A stretch of 64,000 bases of DNA from assembly GCA_044892525.1 (NCBI GenBank), contig CM097887.1, positions 106,494,397-106,558,396 on the forward strand, in the 5' to 3' direction. Origin of the DNA: Schmidtea polychroa (taxonomy: Eukaryota). Within the stretch, counting starts at the first letter, position 1. Each line of letters opens with the position of its first letter. Made by a program: the position numbers and the translations under genes. Positions 1 through 8,940 of this stretch are shown piece after piece. The notes under the pieces were generated by a model, which did not search any database, was not told the DNA's origin, and saw nothing but the letters and a program-made list of their open reading frames with translations.

Positions 1-297
1 TCAAGGTCATTTATATTTTTAAGGTCATTCATATTTTCAAGGTCATATTTTAAAATTTAAATTTTTAGAGTTCCCACCAATGGAATTTATTGGCCGATGG
101 CTAATTTTGAAGCCCACTGCAATACCTTTCGAATGACGTATAGATATTCATATTATCATTATTATTAATAAAGATATTATTTTTTCAAAATATTATTTTT
201 CAAGGTCGTTTATTTTTTCAAGGTTCAAAATCTGTTCAAAGCTACTGTTTTAGTCAATACGAACCAGATGAAATAATCGGTTCCATCGCCAAAAGTG

Positions 298-500
298 ATG
301 CTCATCCTATTTGAATATATGCCTGAAAGATTGAAAGATTCAAGTTGAAAGACCTGAAATTAGAAGACAATCACAAGAAAATATTATCCGGACAATTGAT
401 GTCCGGACTGCAATACTTGCATAATTTGAATATCGCCCACTGCAATATCAATCCAAAAGACATTTTCGATGATATGGCAGAATTAAGATTAAAGATTTCA
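298..500 (+). pseudogene. Frameshifted CDK/CMGC-like protein kinase relic (subdomains V-VII), copy 1
   Basis: Three consecutive frames read MLILFEYMPERLKD (298-348) / KLEDNHKKILSGQLMSGLQYLHNLNIAHCNINPKDIFD (327-472) / YGRIKIKDFKL (473 onward). This parallels CDK-type LVFEFL..DLK...QILQGI.FCH...[25 protein letters not shown]. HRD reads HCN and DFG reads DFK; no activation loop or APE follows. Confidence 0.7.
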
Positions 501-1039
501 AACTTTGGAGGACGAATAATAAAATTGCGCTTATCGTCATATTAGAAAATGACCAGCGAGTCGAGAGATTAGTGCTCAACCATGCTTATCTAAGTAGAAG
601 ATGGACAATCAAACCAGATACCGTGACAAAGGCGAACATTTCGTATTTGGAATTTACGGAGAGAACCGGTTGGTATACAATATATCAAGAAATAGTAAAT
701 CTAATACCTCCCACAAAAGGAGAACTAACTGGCAAAGAAGGAAAGGCTAGATTAGTGAGTATTCCTGGTTGTAAAGGAATAAAGGCTTTGGATTGGTTTA
801 GTATCAGAAAGGTAGCGAGTGTAAACCAGCCCCGCATAAATAAATTAATTAATAATTGTAGAGTTCAAAATACGTTAAACGGGACAACGAGAGATAAAAC
901 CTCAACTTGGTTATTCTTAATCATGATAGGGGGAGTAATTTGCATGATTTTAATTTTGATATTAACCACCCTATGGATGCTTAGATTAAATATGCGGGAT
1001 ATTCGTTATTGGGAAATTATTTACGAAACCGAGGTATAG
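473..1039 (+). CDS. Unknown ORF with a C-terminal transmembrane helix (stop-to-stop 188 aa; the track calls 155 aa from GTG 572), copy 1
   Basis: The frame is open from TGA 470-472 to TAG 1037-1039. It contains the hydrophobic stretch WLFLIMIGGVICMILILILTTLWML followed by basic residues. I recognise no family. Confidence 0.5.
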   Translation, partial: YGRIKIKDFKLWRTNNKIALIVILENDQRVERLVLNHAYLSRRWTIKPDTVTKANISYLEFTERTGWYTIYQEIVNLIPPTKGELTGKEGKARLVSIPGCKGIKALDWFSIRKVASVNQPRINKLINNCRVQNTLNGTTRDKTSTWLFLIMIGGVICMILILILTTLWMLRLNMRDIRYWEIIYETEV

Positions 1040-1094
1040 GGGGAAAGTCTCACCATATACTAGGAAGTGTAAATATATATTTTATCTATTTTAT

Positions 1095-2114
1095 ATGTTA
1101 TTTATATTAGTATGTAAACTAATGTGGGCTCAAATGAGCATCGGTAAAATCAGACATCAGCGTATGTCGACTTTGGTTACCCTGCGAGGGTCTATCACGA
1201 AAGTGATAAAAGCTGTTAATTATTTTATTTTTAGAAAAATGAATTATAACAGAGAACCAAAACCACCAGTCAAAGCAAATCGACGACACCCATTGGCAAC
1301 GTACAATTCCCAGACTCGAGTTGAAACTGAAGTATATAGTACATACAAAGAAGAGTACGTATACAGGTTCATCGGAACTACGGTCGCAGCAAAAATGAAT
1401 CACCTCACCTCAAACTATTGGTATTATCCCAGGAGAGTGGATATTCCAAACGATTTCAAATTCGCAGGAGGGCCTCGAAAGCAAATGATGATAACGGTTA
1501 TAAATAACCAAGGTAGATTAAAATTGGCGGAACTATGTAGAGATTATGGTTCATGTCCGAAATTGGAAAACATTTGGATCCATGCGATCAATAGGCCATT
1601 CACTGTGTTTATGGCGGGATTAGAGTTACCTGTTGAATTAGAAAAACAGTGTACCCTGGAGATATACCACGCTGATGGACGAGAACGGAATATTATGATC
1701 CAGGCAGCAGCAGTTGATACCATAATCGCAGTAGAAATCTTGGATTTCAGGAAGCCATACTCTATAGTTAGCAAAAACGAGCCAACTTGGATTTACAATG
1801 TAAATAAAGTTGATATACAGCAGTGTAAATCATTTGTGAGGAAGAAGTTAACCAAAGCCGAGGAGGACGAGGCTACAATTTTCATATCGGCAGGTTTTGC
1901 CAAATCCCGAATCGAACTGAAGGAGACAATTATCCAAATCGCAATTATGGATATGAGGGGAAATAATTTATTGAGTGCGGTAGTGACTCCCAGAGACCCT
2001 GTAAAACACTACCAAACGCACCAATACAAGTTAAAGGAACCTGATATTAGAGGAAACCTCGACGAAGATGATTGTTATCCTCTGATAAGATCTGCGATAA
2101 GAAAATACTTGTAG
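1095..2114 (+). CDS. Unknown N-terminal domain plus the first half of a REX4/ISG20-like DEDDh exonuclease fold (likely start ATG 1239), copy 1
   Basis: 339-aa ORF. IIQIAIMDMRGNNLLSAVVTPRDPVKHYQT parallels REX4-family ARVSIVN..G..VYD.YVKP..PVTDYRT. ATG 1239 sits in AAAAATG context right after TTTTATTTTTAG. Confidence 0.65.
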   Translation: MLFILVCKLMWAQMSIGKIRHQRMSTLVTLRGSITKVIKAVNYFIFRKMNYNREPKPPVKANRRHPLATYNSQTRVETEVYSTYKEEYVYRFIGTTVAAKMNHLTSNYWYYPRRVDIPNDFKFAGGPRKQMMITVINNQGRLKLAELCRDYGSCPKLENIWIHAINRPFTVFMAGLELPVELEKQCTLEIYHADGRERNIMIQAAAVDTIIAVEILDFRKPYSIVSKNEPTWIYNVNKVDIQQCKSFVRKKLTKAEEDEATIFISAGFAKSRIELKETIIQIAIMDMRGNNLLSAVVTPRDPVKHYQTHQYKLKEPDIRGNLDEDDCYPLIRSAIRKYL

Positions 2115-2773
2115 GTATTTTGCTTAAAGATCTGATCTCGGTAGCCAATCTACCAGTGCAGCGGATACTGAGTATTCGTGACCTTTCTGCAAATAAACTA
2201 TTGGAAACCAGAGGAGTCCCAATGATTCATGGTCATTACAGATTGGGATTCCCGACGAAAACTTTCCTGCGTACGGTTCCCGGAGAACCAAGGAATTTAG
2301 TGGTCACCAATGAGGCACTGGCGATACGTGCGGTTTATTTACATCTCAGAAACGAATGGTTAGACCATATCACGAAACCCCAGGAGGAATTCATTTCCGT
2401 AACTACAGCAGCGATAGTTGAGCAGGAAATGACGCAAAAGAAGAGATTACCCGAGCAACCATCTACATCAGGGCAACCCAAGCCTAAGAGAAAATCACCT
2501 GTGGACTTACCACCGCCTCCAGCTATATCTATTGGAGAAGAAGATGAATATGAAACATGCGTTAGCGAAACGGAGACAGCAAAATCACCCAAACAATCAT
2601 CGGGAGCTGCCTATCAGCCAAAGGATAAATCGGAAAATGCGGTCAGAAAAGAAAATCCAGAAGGAGGCAAGGTGAAAAAGATGTTAAAGAAAATATTACC
2701 CATAAAAAGACAATTTTTTCAAATTTGTCAGACTTCCCGCCAACGGAAATTCTTCAACGATGTCTTATTTTAA
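2072..2773 (+). CDS. Second half of the REX4/ISG20-like exonuclease fold plus a disordered basic tail with bipartite NLS (-1 frame relative to the upstream ORF), copy 1
   Basis: KKILVGILLKDL, SIRDLS and NEALAIRAVYLHLRNEW parallel REX4-family GRILVGHALHNDL, KIRDT and QDAQAAMRLYVMVKKEW. The tail contains KKR-x11-KPKRK. The track start at 2072 is not an ATG. Confidence 0.65.
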   Translation: MLSSDKICDKKILVGILLKDLISVANLPVQRILSIRDLSANKLLETRGVPMIHGHYRLGFPTKTFLRTVPGEPRNLVVTNEALAIRAVYLHLRNEWLDHITKPQEEFISVTTAAIVEQEMTQKKRLPEQPSTSGQPKPKRKSPVDLPPPPAISIGEEDEYETCVSETETAKSPKQSSGAAYQPKDKSENAVRKENPEGGKVKKMLKKILPIKRQFFQICQTSRQRKFFNDVLF

Positions 2774-2890
2774 AGCTCATTGCAATACCTTTCGAATGTG
2801 GTATAGAAATCCATATTATCAATATTATTGGTAAAGATATTATTTTTTCAAAATATTATTTTTTCAAGGTCATTTATATTTTCAAGGTCA
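2767..2890 (+). repeat. Direct repeat R1 (~124 bp) of the unit's non-coding region
   Basis: Aligns by eye to 2985-3107 with about 15 differences. The exonuclease-ORF stop (TAA 2771-2773) lies at its very start. Present in every unit. Confidence 0.9.
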
Positions 2891-2926
2891 TTTATATTTT
2901 CAAGGTCATTCATATTTTCAAGGTCA
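2864..2926 (+). promoter_or_regulatory. 18-bp tandem repeat x4, each carrying TCAAGGTCA (NR5A/FTZ-F1/ERR-type site)
   Basis: TCAAGGTCA at 2864, 2882, 2900 and 2918 (period 18). TCAAGGTCG at 3081 also fits YCAAGGYCR. The repeat is certain; the regulatory role is inferred. Confidence 0.55.
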
Positions 2927-2984
2927 TATTTTAAAATTTAAATTTTTAGAGTTCCCACCAATGGAATTTATTGGCCGATGGCTA

Positions 2985-3107
2985 ATTTTGAAGCCCACTG
3001 CAATACCTTTCGAATGACGTATAGATATTCATATTATCATTATTATTAATAAAGATATTATTTTTTCAAAATATTATTTTTCAAGGTCGTTTATTTTTTC
3101 AAGGTTC
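2985..3107 (+). repeat. Direct repeat R2 (~123 bp), diverged copy of R1, containing AATAAA (3048-3053)
   Basis: Shares the GCAATACCTTTCGAATG core and the downstream T-rich/TCAAGGT blocks with R1 at an offset of 217-218 bp. Confidence 0.9.
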
Positions 3108-3178
3108 AAAATCTGTTCAAAGCTACTGTTTTAGTCAATACGAACCAGATGAAATAATCGGTTCCATCGCCAAAAGTG

Positions 3179-5654
3179 ATGCTCATCCTATTTGAATATA
3201 TGCCTGAAAGATTGAAAGATTCAAGTTGAAAGACCTGAAATTAGAAGACAATCACAAGAAAATATTATCCGGACAATTGATGTCCGGACTGCAATACTTG
3301 CATAATTTGAATATCGCCCACTGCAATATCAATCCAAAAGACATTTTCGATGATATGGCAGAATTAAGATTAAAGATTTCAAACTTTGGAGGACGAATAA
3401 TAAAATTGCGCTTATCGTCATATTAGAAAATGACCAGCGAGTCGAGAGATTAGTGCTCAACCATGCTTATCTAAGTAGAAGATGGACAATCAAACCAGAT
3501 ACCGTGACAAAGGCGAACATTTCGTATTTGGAATTTACGGAGAGAACCGGTTGGTATACAATATATCAAGAAATAGTAAATCTAATACCTCCCACAAAAG
3601 GAGAACTAACTGGCAAAGAAGGAAAGGCTAGATTAGTGAGTATTCCTGGTTGTAAAGGAATAAAGGCTTTGGATTGGTTTAGTATCAGAAAGGTAGCGAG
3701 TGTAAACCAGCCCCGCATAAATAAATTAATTAATAATTGTAGAGTTCAAAATACGTTAAACGGGACAACGAGAGATAAAACCTCAACTTGGTTATTCTTA
3801 ATCATGATAGGGGGAGTAATTTGCATGATTTTAATTTTGATATTAACCACCCTATGGATGCTTAGATTAAATATGCGGGATATTCGTTATTGGGAAATTA
3901 TTTACGAAACCGAGGTATAGGGGGAAAGTCTCACCATATACTAGGAAGTGTAAATATATATTTTATCTATTTTATATGTTATTTATATTAGTATGTAAAC
4001 TAATGTGGGCTCAAATGAGCATCGGTAAAATCAGACATCAGCGTATGTCGACTTTGGTTACCCTGCGAGGGTCTATCACGAAAGTGATAAAAGCTGTTAA
4101 TTATTTTATTTTTAGAAAAATGAATTATAACAGAGAACCAAAACCACCAGTCAAAGCAAATCGACGACACCCATTGGCAACGTACAATTCCCAGACTCGA
4201 GTTGAAACTGAAGTATATAGTACATACAAAGAAGAGTACGTATACAGGTTCATCGGAACTACGGTCGCAGCAAAAATGAATCACCTCACCTCAAACTATT
4301 GGTATTATCCCAGGAGAGTGGATATTCCAAACGATTTCAAATTCGCAGGAGGGCCTCGAAAGCAAATGATGATAACGGTTATAAATAACCAAGGTAGATT
4401 AAAATTGGCGGAACTATGTAGAGATTATGGTTCATGTCCGAAATTGGAAAACATTTGGATCCATGCGATCAATAGGCCATTCACTGTGTTTATGGCGGGA
4501 TTAGAGTTACCTGTTGAATTAGAAAAACAGTGTACCCTGGAGATATACCACGCTGATGGACGAGAACGGAATATTATGATCCAGGCAGCAGCAGTTGATA
4601 CCATAATCGCAGTAGAAATCTTGGATTTCAGGAAGCCATACTCTATAGTTAGCAAAAACGAGCCAACTTGGATTTACAATGTAAATAAAGTTGATATACA
4701 GCAGTGTAAATCATTTGTGAGGAAGAAGTTAACCAAAGCCGAGGAGGACGAGGCTACAATTTTCATATCGGCAGGTTTTGCCAAATCCCGAATCGAACTG
4801 AAGGAGACAATTATCCAAATCGCAATTATGGATATGAGGGGAAATAATTTATTGAGTGCGGTAGTGACTCCCAGAGACCCTGTAAAACACTACCAAACGC
4901 ACCAATACAAGTTAAAGGAACCTGATATTAGAGGAAACCTCGACGAAGATGATTGTTATCCTCTGATAAGATCTGCGATAAGAAAATACTTGTAGGTATT
5001 TTGCTTAAAGATCTGATCTCGGTAGCCAATCTACCAGTGCAGCGGATACTGAGTATTCGTGACCTTTCTGCAAATAAACTATTGGAAACCAGAGGAGTCC
5101 CAATGATTCATGGTCATTACAGATTGGGATTCCCGACGAAAACTTTCCTGCGTACGGTTCCCGGAGAACCAAGGAATTTAGTGGTCACCAATGAGGCACT
5201 GGCGATACGTGCGGTTTATTTACATCTCAGAAACGAATGGTTAGACCATATCACGAAACCCCAGGAGGAATTCATTTCCGTAACTACAGCAGCGATAGTT
5301 GAGCAGGAAATGACGCAAAAGAAGAGATTACCCGAGCAACCATCTACATCAGGGCAACCCAAGCCTAAGAGAAAATCACCTGTGGACTTACCACCGCCTC
5401 CAGCTATATCTATTGGAGAAGAAGATGAATATGAAACATGCGTTAGCGAAACGGAGACAGCAAAATCACCCAAACAATCATCGGGAGCTGCCTATCAGCC
5501 AAAGGATAAATCGGAAAATGCGGTCAGAAAAGAAAATCCAGAAGGAGGCAAGGTGAAAAAGATGTTAAAGAAAATATTACCCATAAAAAGACAATTTTTT
5601 CAAATTTGTCAGACTTCCCGCCAACGGAAATTCTTCAACGATGTCTTATTTTAA
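3179..5654 (+). other. Coding cassette copy 2 (kinase relic, TM ORF, split exonuclease-like ORFs)
   Basis: Same ORFs as copy 1 at +2881. Confidence 0.9.
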
Positions 5655-6059
5655 AGCTCATTGCAATACCTTTCGAATGTGGTATAGAAATCCATATTAT
5701 CAATATTATTGGTAAAGATATTATTTTTTCAAAATATTATTTTTTCAAGGTCATTTATATTTTCAAGGTCATTTATATTTTCAAGGTCATTCATATTTTC
5801 AAGGTCATATTTTAAAATTTAAATTTTTAGAGTTCCCACCAATGGAATTTATTGGCCGATGGCTAATTTTGAAGCCCACTGCAATACCTTTCGAATGACG
5901 TATAGATATTCATATTATCATTATTATTAATAAAGATATTATTTTTTCAAAATATTATTTTTCAAGGTCGTTTATTTTTTCAAGGTTCAAAATCTGTTCA
6001 AAGCTACTGTTTTAGTCAATACAAACCAGATGAAATAATTGGTTCCATCGCCAAAAGTG

Positions 6060-8535
6060 ATGCTCATCCTATTTGAATATATGCCTGAAAGATTGAAAGA
6101 TTCAAGTTGAAAGACCTGAAATTAGAAGACAATCACAAGAAAATATTATCCGGACAATTGATGTCCGGACTGCAATACTTGCATAATTTGAATATCGCCC
6201 ACTGCAATATCAATCCAAAAGACATTTTCGATGATATGGCAGAATTAAGATTAAAGATTTCAAACTTTGGAGGACGAATAATAAAATTGCGCTTATCGTC
6301 ATATTAGAAAATGACCAGCGAGTCGAGAGATTAGTGCTCAACCATGCTTATCTAAGTAGAAGATGGACAATCAAACCAGATACCGTGACAAAGGCGAACA
6401 TTTCGTATTTGGAATTTACGGAGAGAACCGGTTGGTATACAATATATCAAGAAATAGTAAATCTAATACCTCCCACAAAAGGAGAACTAACTGGCAAAGA
6501 AGGAAAGGCTAGATTAGTGAGTATTCCTGGTTGTAAAGGAATAAAGGCTTTGGATTGGTTTAGTATCAGAAAGGTAGCGAGTGTAAACCAGCCCCGCATA
6601 AATAAATTAATTAATAATTGTAGAGTTCAAAATACGTTAAACGGGACAACGAGAGATAAAACCTCAACTTGGTTATTCTTAATCATGATAGGGGGAGTAA
6701 TTTGCATGATTTTAATTTTGATATTAACCACCCTATGGATGCTTAGATTAAATATGCGGGATATTCGTTATTGGGAAATTATTTACGAAACCGAGGTATA
6801 GGGGGAAAGTCTCACCATATACTAGGAAGTGTAAATATATATTTTATCTATTTTATATGTTATTTATATTAGTATGTAAACTAATGTGGGCTCAAATGAG
6901 CATCGGTAAAATCAGACATCAGCGTATGTCGACTTTGGTTACCCTGCGAGGGTCTATCACGAAAGTGATAAAAGCTGTTAATTATTTTATTTTTAGAAAA
7001 ATGAATTATAACAGAGAACCAAAACCACCAGTCAAAGCAAATCGACGACACCCATTGGCAACGTACAATTCCCAGACTCGAGTTGAAACTGAAGTATATA
7101 GTACATACAAAGAAGAGTACGTATACAGGTTCATCGGAACTACGGTCGCAGCAAAAATGAATCACCTCACCTCAAACTATTGGTATTATCCCAGGAGAGT
7201 GGATATTCCAAATGATTTCAAATTCGCAGGAGGGCCTCGAAAGCAAATGATGATAACGGTTATAAATAACCAAGGTAGATTAAAATTGGCGGAACTATGT
7301 AGAGATTATGGTTCATGTCCGAAATTGGAAAACATTTGGATCCATGCGATCAATAGGCCATTCACTGTGTTTATGGCGGGATTAGAGTTACCTGTTGAAT
7401 TAGAAAAACAGTGTACCCTGGAGATATACCACGCTGATGGACGAGAACGGAATATTATGATCCAGGCAGCAGCAGTTGATACCATAATCGCAGTAGAAAT
7501 CTTGGATTTCAGGAAGCCATACTCTATAGTTAGCAAAAACGAGCCAACTTGGATTTACAATGTAAATAAAGTTGATATACAGCAGTGTAAATCATTTGTG
7601 AGGAAGAAGTTAACCAAAGCCGAGGAGGACGAGGCTACAATTTTCATATCGGCAGGTTTTGCCAAATCCCGAATCGAACTGAAGGAGACAATTATCCAAA
7701 TCGCAATTATGGATATGAGGGGAAATAATTTATTGAGTGCGGTAGTGACTCCCAGAGACCCTGTAAAACACTACCAAACGCACCAATACAAGTTAAAGGA
7801 ACCTGATATTAGAGGAAACCTCGACGAAGATGATTGTTATCCTCTGATAAGATCTGCGATAAGAAAATACTTGTAGGTATTTTGCTTAAAGATCTGATCT
7901 CGGTAGCCAATCTACCAGTGCAGCGGATACTGAGTATTCGTGACCTTTCTGCAAATAAACTATTGGAAACCAGAGGAGTCCCAATGATTCATGGTCATTA
8001 CAGATTGGGATTCCCGACGAAAACTTTCCTGCGTACGGTTCCCGGAGAACCAAGGAATTTAGTGGTCACCAATGAGGCACTGGCGATACGTGCGGTTTAT
8101 TTACATCTCAGAAACGAATGGTTAGACCATATCACGAAACCCCAGGAGGAATTCATTTCCGTAACTACAGCAGCGATAGTTGAGCAGGAAATGACGCAAA
8201 AGAGGAGATTACCCGAGCAACCATCTACATCAGGGCAACCCAAGCCTAAGAGAAAATCACCTGTGGACTTACCACCGCCTCCAGCTATATCTATTGGAGA
8301 AGAAGATGAATATGAAACATGCGTTAGCGAAACGGAGACAGCAAAATCACCCAAACAATCATCGGGAGCTGCCTATCAGCCAAAGGATAAATCGGAAAAT
8401 GCGGTCAGAAAAGAAAATCCAGAAGGAGGCAAGGTGAAAAAGATGTTAAAGAAAATATTACCCATAAAAAGACAATTTTTTCAAATTTGTCAGACTTCCA
8501 GCCAACGGAAATTCTTCAACGATGTCTTATTTTAA
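6060..8535 (+). other. Coding cassette copy 3
   Basis: Same ORFs at +5762; carries the K>R and R>S variants. Confidence 0.9.
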
Positions 8536-8940
8536 AGCTCATTGCAATACCTTTCGAATGTGGTATAGAAATCCATATTATCAATATTATTGGTAAAGAT
8601 ATTATTTTTTCAAAATATTATTTTTTCAAGGTCATTTATATTTTCAAGGTCATTTATATTTTCAAGGTCATTCATATTTTCAAGGTCATATTTTAAAATT
8701 TAAATTTTTAGAGTTCCCACCAATGGAATTTATTGGCCGATGGCTAATTTTGAAGCCCACTGCAATACCTTTCGAATGACGTATAGATATTCATATTATC
8801 ATTATTATTAATAAAGATATTATTTTTTCAAAATATTATTTTTCAAGGTCGTTTATTTTTTCAAGGTTCAAAATCTGTTCAAAGCTACTGTTTTAGTCAA
8901 TACGAACCAGATGAAATAATCGGTTCCATCGCCAAAAGTG

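Noticed and set aside
1038-1047. Polypurine tract AGGGGGAAAG and PBS-like TGGTATAG (about 2799) suggesting a TRIM/LTR unit
   Set aside because: Neither is positioned next to TG...CA repeat ends, and the PBS match is too short.
2074-2114. Possible 41-nt GT...AG intron that would repair the exonuclease frameshift
   Set aside because: The donor is weak (GTTATC), the segment is not AT-rich like other introns here, and splicing would delete the conserved helix and the ILV strand of the fold.
1119-2592. Minus-strand ORFs of 94, 76 and 85 aa in every unit
   Set aside because: They lie entirely antisense to the long + strand ORFs, have no recognisable motifs and are best explained as shadow ORFs.
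2864-2926. CRISPR-like repeat array
   Set aside because: There are no unique spacers and no cas genes, and the context is eukaryotic; it is a simple 18-bp tandem repeat.
2725-2934. 69-aa + strand ORF ending in (FKVIYI)n
   Set aside because: It is a translation of R1 and the 18-bp repeat, and the SNP at 20119 breaks it in one copy.
2970-2990. Helitron-like 3' end (hairpin TTGGCC-GAT-GGCTAA with CTAA)
   Set aside because: The CTRR overlaps the hairpin instead of following it, no TC start follows, and there is no Rep/helicase.
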